The translations under genes were made by a program, and so were the position numbers. Shown here one piece after another: positions 50,639 through 62,121 of a stretch of DNA of 64,000 nucleotides. Origin of the DNA: Lepidodermella squamata (Eukaryota > Animalia > Gastrotricha); NCBI GenBank assembly GCA_047495785.1, contig JBLDXI010000054.1, positions 4,030,001-4,094,000 of the forward strand, read 5' to 3'. Below the pieces are notes generated by a model. It had not been told where the DNA came from. It was given only the letters and a program-made list of their open reading frames with translations, and did not search any database. How positions within the stretch are numbered: the stretch's first letter is position 1; every line of letters starts with the position of its first letter.

Positions 50639-50678
50639 CTGCCCACTGCCCACTGCCCACTGCCCACTGCCCACTGCC
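50639..50678. repeat. (CTGCCCA)n minisatellite
   Basis: About 5.5 tandem copies of a 7-mer. Confidence 0.85.
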
Positions 50679-50983
50679 GATTTACCCTTTACCCCGTGTA
50701 TCCCCTAGTTTCAATTGCCATTTGCCTTGCTAGTCTAAATATTAACTCGCTTGATGAAAGTGGTGGTCGGCCGTGAGTTTGGTTGTGGATATTGTGCCCC
50801 CCCCCCTATTTCTTGCAGTGAAACGTATATTGCTTTGGATTTGTGCTTTGTTTTATGTCATATGAGGTAGTTGGCTAATACATGAAATTCTGGTAACTTG
50901 AAATCTTGATAATCCCTGCATCTTTCTTGTTCAATTAGCTTTGACAATTCGTTAAAATTTGGTTTGATTTCTAGCCTCATTTA

Positions 50984-53900
50984 ATGACCACATTTCCGAA
51001 AGCGCCTCGCTTTAAAGAAGCAGTTGTCGAGGAAGGTATGTAATGAAACTATTTTAAAGTAGCCGTAATTTCCAATTTTATGTAGGTGACGCCCTATTCC
51101 ACGTTTGCTCTCGCGACCATGTGGATGGCGGCACTGCCCTGAAGTCCGGTTGTAATCATGGATCACACGCCAGGCATTTAGACTCTACATTTTCAGTACC
51201 TGATGCTTCCATTTGCAAACCCTCGGGTATATATTTTTAGATTGGCTCTTCATGATTTATTAATATTTTTTAATCGTTTAGCAAGAAAAGCGTTCACGTC
51301 TGCTCGACCGAAGGGAAAACCTGGCTGCCTATCAGCTAGCACACACGCTGTTAATTCGATTGACTCGACTCCTTTGAAGGATGGAGATATCGATTCGTTG
51401 ACCCTCCAACTGGCTGCGTTGAACAATCAAACTGACGCTCTGCTGCTGGAGAAATCACACATTCTGGTCGAGAAGAAAGCCATCGAGGAAACCAACGAAC
51501 AGTTGACTGAAAGGCTGCTACAGCTGTCAAGCGAATGTGAAAACGCCACGGTTAAATTGTCCGAGGCACAAACCAAACTGCTATCTCTGCAAAGCGATAA
51601 GGCCGCCGTCATTGACCAATACAAGCAAGCTTTAGAGGCAGAAGAGAAACTTCGAACTGAGCTCAATGCCATGGCCAAAGCTAAAGACAAAGCCGAGGCA
51701 AATCTCAGCGAAATGCGTAAGCAGATCGAGCAATCTCTAACCGAAAACTTGCAGTTGAGCTCGCAGCTAGGCGAGTTGCGGGATAAGATTGCTGAGCAGG
51801 TGAAAGTCATCGAACGCTCAGAAGCCCACCAGGCTAATCTTCAGCACCAACTGGACGAAGTGCATGGTGAAGTTAGCGCGATTGAGGAAAAGTACACGAG
51901 TCTGCAAAACGAACTCGAATCAGCATGTGAAAAGAAAAATCAGCTCGACGAAGAACTCAAGCAAGTTCGCAGCGAAAAAGACGCCATTTCTAAACAGCTA
52001 GCCGAGCTCAAAGATCGCCTTCAAGAATCTCAGCAAGAAAAATTCAGCATTGCTTTCCAACTCGATGACTTACGCGAGGTTAAAACTAATTTAGAGGTGG
52101 ATTTGGCGAAGAAATCCGAAACAAATAGGAAGCTTGAGCAAAATATTCATGCCGCCGAAGAGTTCATCGACAAGCTTCAGTTGGAAAACGCAATATGGCA
52201 GAATAAACTGACGGAAGTTTCCAAGCGCGAGGAACGCCTCAAGTCCGAGCTGACGGACGTATGCGCCGAAAGCGCTGCGTGTCAAGCTCAACTGAGCGAT
52301 GTCGAGAAGCAATTACGGATAGCTGTCGACGAGAAATTGGCCCTTCAATCCGAGTTAGAGGATGCGCGATTCCAGATCAGTCAACTGCAGCAAGATTACT
52401 CTGATCAAATTCAACAATTTCACGCTAAAATTTGCGAACGCGACTCGATGATTTCTGAAATTTCTGAAAGAAAAGCGCAGCTCGATGCTGAGTGCGCGAA
52501 GCTCACCGGACTGAACGAGCAACTACATATCGCTAATGACCGGCTCAAGCAAGAGCAGGATGATCTGAGCTCGAAGTTGGAAGCTGCGTTGCGAAATCAT
52601 AGTGAAGTATCTGCTCAACTCGCCGGCGTTTCGTCCATCAACGATCAGCTTGCTGGCGAATTGAACGAAATCCGGGGTCAAAAGGCCATCGTTGATGCGA
52701 ATCTCGCTAGTGCTTTGGCCCAGTTGGAAGAAATTTCCGAGCAGAAAAGTGATTTGAGTAATCAGATAAGCGAGCTTCTCGACGCTGAAGCGAAGGCCGC
52801 GAATGATTACCGCCAGCTCTTGTCCGAATACGAGAATCTGCGTTCGAAAACCGAGCATCTTGAGCGAGATCTGGCTGAAGCGAATAAAGAAAACGCGCTC
52901 GTTGGTCTGCAGCTCTCAGAAATGTCAGATGCATTCACTCGGGTCAATAGTGAATTCGCCTCAGTTACATCACAGAACCAGCAACTGACCTGTCAGCTGG
53001 ATGAATTGAAGCTGAGCTATGAATCAAGCCAGGAGCAAAATAACAGCCTCACTTCCGAGCTTCGAAAAATCAGCGATGAGAGCAACCATCGGGGGAAACG
53101 CATCGATACTTTGATGGCTGAAATGGAGATCGCCTTTGCAAAGGTCGAAGACACTGAGCACCAGTTGGATTCTGTTGTTCAACAAAACTCGCGATTGAAT
53201 CAGCAACTGGACGAGCTAACCGTTCAAAACCGTAATCATTTCGCGGAAATTCAGTATCTGTCGAGGGACGGCGATGAATTGCGCGCCAAGGTCAACGAGC
53301 TGGAGTCTCAACTGACTGCAATTTTCGGCGAAAAGGACGCGCTGGCGATGCTGCTGGACCAAATGACGCTCGAGCGTGACAAATTCGAGGCTGATGTACG
53401 CGCTTTGCAAGACGAAAACGCGTCAATTATGGTCACTCTAGCGGCGACTCGGAGCAGCCTGGAGCAAACAAACGAAGCTAACGAGAAACTCGATGCTGAA
53501 CTTCGAGCTGCCAACGAGGAAAAAGCGCTGCTCAGCGACCAGCTGGTCACGAACTGCGCCCTCAAAGACTCGTATGCCGCACAATTGGCTGAAACTGAGC
53601 AAAAGCTAGACGCGAAAATTCAGGAGAATTCCGCCTGCATTGCTGAGATTGAAGAGCTTCGCCGTGTTAAGGCAGACTTATCTACCAGAATCAGTCAACT
53701 GGAAGTTCAAGTTAATAACCTGAAGACTGAACTCGGCATCACCTCAAGTGAATGGAGGAAGAGGGCTGATCAAGTCGAAGAGCTCACCAGCCAGCTTGCC
53801 GATGAAAAAGGCGTCAGGTCCCGCTTGGTGGATGACGTAGAAAAACTAAGCGAAGAGAATGCCATTAATAAAACGAAATTGTCCGAGACAGAAGCTCAGC

Positions 53901-56540
53901 TCCAGGTTTCAGTCTGCGAAAACGCAGTTCTCAGTGCTCAAGTCGAAGATTTGATGGTCAATTGCAATCGGTTAGCGCAAGAACTTGGCGCTGCTCGGAC
54001 GATGTATGCTGAAGTCGAGGCGAAATTATCTGCGGCCGAAGAACATGCTCAGAACGTTTTAGCTGAAAACTTGATGCTGAGCGCGAATCTTAACGAAGTT
54101 TGCGCGGCTAAGGAGCGCCTGGAGCAAGACAATGCCGCTAATCTTGCCGAGTTGGATAAGTTCCGCAGTGCTTACGACACGTTATCGAACGAACACGTGT
54201 CTCTAAATGACAAATATTCGGCTGTCATACAGCAAAATGGCGACTTTCAACGCGAAATCGCCGAGTTGAAACTGAGCTCGGATTCTCTCTCAGCCACCTT
54301 GAATCGACTGGGCAATGATTACTTCGCAGCGACTGCCGAGCTGAGCTCGCTGAAACAAGAATTCGCGTCAAGTCAGCAGGCGCTCAAATCGCTGTCAGAG
54401 GAGCATAATCAGTTGCGAGAAGCTCACGAAACGATCGTTGCGAAGAAGCTGACCATCGAGGTTGAACTGCGAGATGTTTCGGCTGAGAAGGCGAAAATGC
54501 AATCGACCTTGATCGACACCGTGGCTATTAAGGAGCAACTCGCCGAACATGTTGCGCAATTGCTGCTCGACGGCGAGGTGACCAAGTCGAAGGTGAACGA
54601 TCAAGAGCGTCAAATCGAAGTTATGATGGCCGAAAACGCGCAGTTGGGCGAGCAAATTGCCGAGTTGGGCATACTTAGAGCGGAGGTCGAGTCGGAGTTA
54701 CGCGACGCCCAGAGTCATATCGACCAGCTGCAGTGTAAAATCGGAGAGGGCGAAAAGCAGCTGCAGGCGATTTTGAACGAAAACGACTCGTTAGATTCTG
54801 AAATCACCGATTTGCGTTTGCTCAGAGAAACGTTGGAGCAGGAAGTCGCTGAACAGTCGAGCCGAAACGAGCAGCTCCTCGATAAAATTGCCGAACAGGA
54901 CAACGAACTGGAGGCGATTAAGGAGGACAAACAGCGACTAAGCGCTCTTGCTGACGAACTTCAAAGCTCGGTCGAGCATTTAACGCAGCAACTCGCCAAC
55001 GTCAGCTCGGAACGAGACGATCTTGAATCCCAGCTGACATCGACTCAAGCTGAGCTGGAGCATGTTGAAGCCGAGAAACAGGCTTTGGATGAGAAATTCG
55101 CCGCGATTTCAGCTGAAAAAGACCGGCTGTCTTCTGAATACGACGAATTGGTTCGTAGCAATGCAGCTGCTGAAGCTGAGATGACGAAAATTTCTAAGCA
55201 AGTCGAAGAAATTTTGACGCAGAATTCAAAGTACCTCGACGACCTGGCCGATGCGAATCAGACCCTGTTGAAGCGAACCGAAGAATGCGATAGCGTCAAG
55301 ACCGCCCTCGCCGATCTTGAACTCCAGCAAACTGCGGCTTGCGATGAGATTTCGCGTTTGCGAAATGAGAATCTGCAACTGACGCAACATTCGGCTGATG
55401 TTGAGGCGCAACTAGCATCGGCTCAGGCTAAATTATCCGAGTCTGAGGGTGAATTCAACGGAATTTTGAAGCAGCTCAATAACGAAGTTCGATCTCGCGA
55501 TCAGGAGCTTGATTTGTTGAAGCAAGAATTGCAAGCTGTGATTATTCGAAAGACCGAAGCTGAAGACCGTTTGCTCTCTGTTTCGGGTTTGCTCGACGCG
55601 AAAATCAACGAAAATTCGCAGCTTCAGGCCGATTTGGAACAGGCGAAAAGCGACAAGTCGACGACGTCTCAGCTGTTGAAGCAGACCAATGACGAGTTGC
55701 AAGCCGCGATACTGGCGAAGAAGGATCTCGCGACGCAAATGACGCAGCTGAGCGAGAAGTTGATCGCTGTCAATAGCGAACAGCTGAAACTGGCCAACGA
55801 GAAAGCTGATCTCGAAATGCGAATTGCTACTAGCAACCGAAGCGCTCTCGAACGCCAAGCTGCTGATTCTGAGCGATTCGCCCAGCTACAGGCTAAAATT
55901 GACGAGTTGACGAAGAGCGCAGAGACTTCGAGCGAGCAACTCGTCACTGTTTCGGCCAAGTACGAGTCGTTGAAAGTGAGATACATCGCCATGGAAAGTG
56001 AAATGTCTCAACTCAAAGAAGCTTACGTAAGTCCAATCTCAGACCTTGGATCTTATTTCTTATGTTTTATTTGAAATATCTTTTAAGGTGGCCGTTGTTC
56101 AAGATAACGACGATATCAAGCTGAAATACGACACCGCTGCTGCAGAATTGGTGGAACTCAACTGGCTACGTGAAGCCATGGAGTCCGAGGAGAAGAAGGA
56201 GGCTGAATTGTCCAGCAAATTGTCGGCTGAAGAAAAGCGGAATGCAGCCCTTGCCGGGCATCGCAATCCGAAGCAGCGCATTCAGTACCTGATGAAGGTG
56301 ACTAATGAGCTGAAGACGTGGCGCGAACGTGCTCTTGCGGCCGAGAACAGTGAAGTGAAGCTCAAAGCGCAGGTTGAGACGCTGAAAGCCGACGTTGAAC
56401 GGTCAAAAGGCCGGCGGCGGTTCGACCCGGCGAAAGCTTTCCAACATACCATGACCGAGGACGAGAATCAGGAAAACGTCAACAATGTTACGCAAACGAA
56501 AGCGACAAAACTGAACAAAACCTACGTGAAACCAGCATAA
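50984..56540 (+). CDS. HMMR: Giant HMMR/RHAMM-like coiled-coil protein, about 1796 aa; exons 50984-51035, 51086-51226, 51282-56026, 56088-56540
   Basis: N-terminus MTTFPKAPRF (HMMR: MSFPKAPLKRF). C-terminal LAGHRNPKQRIQY and RRFDPAKAFQH..ENQEN (HMMR: LLGHQNLKQKIKH, RFDPSKAF..KEN). All splice phases are consistent. Confidence 0.75.
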
Positions 56541-59050
56541 AGTAATCCGACCAACTGCTTTTTATACCGCCATTCCGCTTATTAATGTTTTATTGTCTGA
56601 TAAAATAACAAACTATGCCTGCCAATGTCATGTCTATGTGAAGATGGATACTTTGTTGTTTCGTTTTTTCTTCCTCTCAGATATTTTGCATCATTTGTTG
56701 CTTGAAACTTGTTTCATCAAATGCCGCTTTGATTGTCATTTTCATCATTATTTAGCTACACAATTTGTTAGTAATTGGTCTCTCAAATACGTATTATCAC
56801 TTCGGCAAATACAACATAATAACTACAAACAACTGATTGTTGCCATCGATAAATATAGGACGCTCTTGCTAATTTTTAGCCATTTCATAATAAAAGCAGA
56901 ACCTGCAAAATAGTGACCTTTGTCTGTGTATCGTCAATGCAACATTTCTGAAAATATGTCGACGTGCAGAAGTTTCCGGCTTTATTCAAGTAAGGTCCAA
57001 AAGGAGTTTCAGAAGGCAGTATGAAATTTACAGTGCGCAAAAAACTCGGTCCGCCATAAATCGAAATGATCGTTTTCACGGTGGATCTGTGGTCAAATTG
57101 TATAGAATTTCAGGCCGCTTTCAGATCGAGTGTACATCAAGCAAATGCAAAAATTTCACGGCACAGCCATGATTTTCGTAAGCGATATTATTTCAGAACG
57201 GGGACCCATTTTACACTAGATCAACAAGATCAAGGCGATCTGCAGGTCAAGCTCAACAATACTCAGAAACTCAGAAAACTCGTGTTATTAAAAACGCGGG
57301 AGGTGCTGACGTGCTGACATACCTTGGCGCAAATTGAATAAGTTTCGCGCACTCATTAGCGACGTGGAGGGCCTGGAACATGGAACATGGTACTACAGTA
57401 CTCGAGGATAGCGACTTTGTTGAAAAGTGAGGCATCAAGAACGATTGCTGGCACTAGGCGTTGACTCATACTTCTTTGCTTTGATTTTGAGAATTGAAAT
57501 GAGTAAAATAACATATTACTTCAATATTCTAGTGTATCCATTTTCGACCGGTTGCAGCCACAGAGTGACTTATTCAGCTCTGCTAAATTGTCTCGTTCCA
57601 ATCTGGTCAGCAATCGTAAACGTTTGGCCAAAAATGGCGCGTGTGAAACAGATGTCGATGTTTTGTATGGCCCAAAACATTTGCGATAGCTGGCCTGTTT
57701 AGAACGAGCGGAAACGATAGAATCAGCAGCTTATTAGGTCTCTCAAGGCCTAGGCTGCTGAAAAAAAACCCGGCTACTAAAAAATTGTCAAAAAATGCTC
57801 GTTACAGAAGCTGCGGCTATTATTTTACTCATTTTAACAAAAAATTGTCAATTTATATTTAAAATGTGTGTTAATTTGCAAAATACATATAATTATATAT
57901 GTTGCTATGGTTCTTGAATGTTTGACGTTGCTAAGGTTTTTTGCAACACCGCAACTCCAAAACATCTCTCCGTGGTTGGCAGTATTTCATAGATTGCTGT
58001 CTCTGCTAGATAGCTATGTTCTTCAGGATGAAGAATTGATGTCGAAACTATGTTTTAATATGTTGATTTAGATACCATCTTTGCTTCATGCACGACTAGT
58101 TTAAGAACCTCATTTTGATAAAGACCATACGTATCTAAATGTAATCTGATTTTAACCTACGTTGATCCGCTATTTTTACTTGGGAGCCCTGAGTCAATTT
58201 TTCAATTGAAAACTCATCAGTAGCTCCATTTATATGCTTGAACATCTTTTAAGATCTCAGTTCATCAAAACAGTGACAGTCAATGATTTGCGCTGTTATT
58301 CATTTGTAAAAATAGTTGGCTAGCAATCGATCTAAGCTGTTGTTTGGTAATAATTGTTTGATGTGCCGACTATTCCTTGAACTGATCGGAGCTGCCATCT
58401 TAAAAGCATTACGTCCTTAGATTTGTGCCAAAAGGACGGCTTCACCAAAAAAGCTTAATAACGTATGGGTATCTAACACGGGCTTGTGACATGAACGAAA
58501 TTGCCCTTTTGCGGGATGCTAATAACTGTAATCACTGGAGCCTTTTTAAGTTTTACTTGTTTACTGTCTTCACCGTCTCATTACGCCAATTATGATTATG
58601 CTATAAAATCTATCTAGCTGAAGGGATGAAAAGTAGCAAAGTGCTGTATAATTGTTTTAGACTCTTTTAAACTGTTTGCTGGGTTATCTGACGAAGTTAT
58701 TAGCGAACTTATGCTCATCCTCTAATTCCCTCTGAAAGTAATGAGTAATAAGCTATGTGCTAAAGATTTGTTCAGGGCGTCAATAATGTTTCACAAGTTA
58801 CCATGAAGCAACGAAATAACTTCAGTGTTAATAATCCCCACGGGATGGGCGAGTAGGCGGAAAATTGTTGAGAAGTGTCATTCTCCTATTCAACTTTGCA
58901 GCTCTAATATCTGACGCTTGATATGCAAAAACCATTCTTATCACAGCCGTGCATCAGACCTCACTCCACTGCTACGATATGTTGTTCATTGCCCCTCATA
59001 ATATGATGATTTTCTTCATTAGTTCCAAATTTACAATAAATCTGCACATT

Positions 59051-59725
59051 ATGGCGTGCACCACAAATGGATCAAGCGAAACCTTTGAAGCACCTGATAT
59101 AAACAAACGTCCGGTAAGCTAATTCCGTGTTATGTGAAATTGGTGATTATTATTTTCATTTCTCTGCCTGCAAAATTTAAGGCATGTTCGAACTGCCGTC
59201 AAACAACGTGTGGCCAGCAAGGTTGTTGGGGAACTCCTAGCGCTCACGCTGTTCGAAGTGCCCCTCCTCCTCCGCCGGGCGCTCAGACATCTCAATATTA
59301 CGAAGTGGCAAAAGACCTACCGGCTCGCTTCGATAACCCCGGTAAGTAACCACGAGAAGTCTGGAGATCTATGTTTTTAACATTTTATTTGTATTATAAG
59401 AGTGGTTTGGCGGGTACGGATCGAAAAAGGAGCATCCTCTCTATCGAACCAGTAACGCTGGTATAAATTTTGGCCTTGAAAATTGAGACTGAAATTGAAA
59501 TGTTTCGACAATTTTATTCAGATTACGGAAAACTACCTCCGACCGTTCATACGATGCCGCTTGTTTTCCGGCCGATGACTCAAGGCTTCTCCGAGGTATT
59601 ATTCTATTTTCATCGTAAGAACATGAAGTAATGCTTTCTCTCCATAGCCTCTTGGGAAGTGCGGAATGTATCGTGACAACGGTTTGACGACATGGAGGGA
59701 CAAATCTTGCGTGCCAGACCATTAA
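59051..59725 (+). CDS. PIERCE1: Piercer of microtubule wall 1 (C9orf116/UPF0691), 144 aa; exons 59051-59113, 59182-59341, 59401-59460, 59522-59595, 59648-59725
   Basis: Spliced product TSQYYEVAKDLPARFDNPEWFGGYGSKKEHPLYRTSNADYGKLPPTVHTMPLVFRPMTQGFSEPLGKCGMYRDNGL matches, from memory, human TSDYYRVSADLPGRFNNPGWFRGY...YRTSNQAYG.RAPTVHEMPKVF.P....FS..L...GMFRNN.L. Confidence 0.9.
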
Positions 59726-60323
59726 TTTATAACTCGAATATTTGCTTTTCATTAAAATAGCGGTTCCTTGTACAGAGAGTCGTTGCAATGTTTCGCCTTT
59801 GTTACTAATACCTTGTCATCACCACCTACCATTTTTTCCTGTGATGCGGATATTTAATTTCATAGCTGCGATTAAATTTTATTCAATAGTATCTTGTGAG
59901 GAAATTAGCTTATTTAAATCGAACAAGATATTCCATTTGAAGCAAGCTGAATCGTAATAGGAATTATAAACTCAAGCCGAAACTCAACAAGATGTTGTAC
60001 TTTGACAATAAAATGAGAATGATTTGCCATTCATGAGACGGTTCTTGTTGCATTTTCCATGATGAAACGCCTAGCTTTCATTGATAAAGATGTTACGATG
60101 CATTTGAACATGCATTAAACGGGCTCATCATCATCACGCCGATCTGTTAATAGCGCTTTGAGAGGATGAACCCGGCCAGGCTTCGCACGTTTTTGATCTG
60201 TTTACTTGATAAACTTTTTGCTGGGCGAAAATGTCGTTGCAGTTGATTGATTCGCTGCAGAGACGCCTTCACGATACGAGGAAATGGTTAAACAACACTA
60301 GCGCCTCGCCGGAGCGTAATTAT

Positions 60324-60540
60324 TGACGTCATTGACTTACTCTGGTTTTGCTGAATGATCGATGCGGGGAGTTCATTACCGGGCGCGCATTACTGATATA
60401 CCGAAGCGCGTAGCGAATAGGCGAGAAATTCGAGTGCGTCTATTACGATTATCCCGCGCGCACGCTCAGCCAATCAGATTTGAGGCAGCGATAGATACTA
60501 ACTTAATGACTTGCGCCTTAATCGCTTTCCTGCGTCAAGT
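60324..60540 (+). promoter_or_regulatory. Putative HAND promoter elements: CRE palindrome and CCAAT box
   Basis: TGACGTCA at 60324-60331 and AGCCAATCAG at about 60468, upstream of the ATG at 60618. These are short motifs and could be chance. Confidence 0.3.
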
Positions 60541-60617
60541 TGATGCATAGCAACGTCGTGTTAATTAGCGCTCCTTCACTGCCCTAATAGCTGTCTAGCG
60601 CGGTCGCCAGATCGCCA

Positions 60618-61915
60618 ATGCAAGATCATTACACGTGCCCACAATCAGCGACAAGCGTGACCTCAGCAATATCCACTTCATCCTCACTGACGACTAAAAT
60701 TTACCCATCCAACATGCTGTTTTCGTCAACAGCATCCGGTGGCTTCGAAGGCGCCATGGTTTCGCCGTTTCTTCAACACTCATCGCCGCAAAACGCATCC
60801 GCGTTCTACCACAGCGCGCAAATGATGCATAGCCAAGGCTACGGCTCGCTGTATCAGTCGCATTTAGTCGGTGATACATCGCTACCTGTCTCCTCGTCGA
60901 CATTCGCCATGCCGGCTTTCCATGCCATGACCGCGCCGGTTTATCATCAAAGCTATGCAACTGCCGAACAGTCGATGCCATTTTCTAGCCATCAATACCA
61001 AGCTGTTTCGATGGGCAAAGAAAACAACGACGTTCGAAATGGACAAGTCCTCAGTTCGGAAGCTCAGAATCATGAGCGTCGGGTCCATTTCCAGAACGAT
61101 GATTTGCTGATGCCATCCGCATACCGAGCTCCGGTCACACAGATTATGACCTCAACGTAAATTTAGAGTAAAATTTTCTTTGTTTGGGGTGTTCAGAAAT
61201 GTCTTTATTAGGAATGATAATAACCCTTCAACGGCGAATCCTCCTATTGCCGTGGATAATACGAAGCCTGGCGTTGAGGGCGCGCGGAGGCCGCGGTCGG
61301 CAAAACGGCGCGTGTCGGCTAATCGAAAAGAACGCCGGCGCACTCAGAGCATCAATGGCGCTTTCGCGGCTCTGCGAGGCTGCATTCCTAACGTGCCGAA
61401 CGACACCAAATTGTCGAAAATCAAGGTTGGTACATATATTCAATATTTAAGTCAGTTAAATGTTGGTTTTTCAGACGCTAAAACTGGCAACGAGCTACAT
61501 TGGCTATCTTCGGCGACTGCTGAATTACGGCGAAAATGAAGGTCCGTTGATTCCGGCGACAGTTGACACTAACTCGACATCGTCGTCTGCGCCGGAAATG
61601 CCATCAAAACCGATCGCACCGCCGTGTCAAAATATGATGCCTATCGCAATGTCCCAGCCGCCGGCGGTTGTGACACCGGCGCAAAGCTGCTGGTCAGCAG
61701 TTGCAAGCGGAGTGGAACCGTCTCTGCCTCAAGCGCCTAGCCCGGTCGCGATCAAGCAAGAGGTGACCACAACGGGTCGGCGACGGCGCAGCGGCTGGCC
61801 GCATGTAGTATGGGCGCAGAGTTCATCATCAGCTGCGGCTACGTCAGGCGTGAAGCGACCAAAGGCCTCCAAAAAGACTGCTTCTACCAGCCTGATGCCA
61901 CCGATTACTCGATAA
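60618..61915 (+). CDS. HAND: HAND-family bHLH transcription factor; exons 60618-61156, 61197 (or 61212)-61425, 61475-61915
   Basis: [41 protein letters not shown]|[12 protein letters not shown] plus the C-terminal HAND motif [10 protein letters not shown]. Confidence 0.93.
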
Positions 61916-62121
61916 AAGTTGTACATTAATCGAAAACTCGCGAGTTGTAAAGAATTTAGCCCACAATAAACACAACGTCCGACGTTTTAAAATGTTTTTG
62001 TTTTATTGACCGTCATCGTCATTAGCAGGGATAAATATACTACTTTCTCTCCTCGCTCAGAAATGTCAGCAGCCAACGAAAGCACAATTTATTTCAATTA
62101 TTGTTTTTTTCAGCAATCAGT

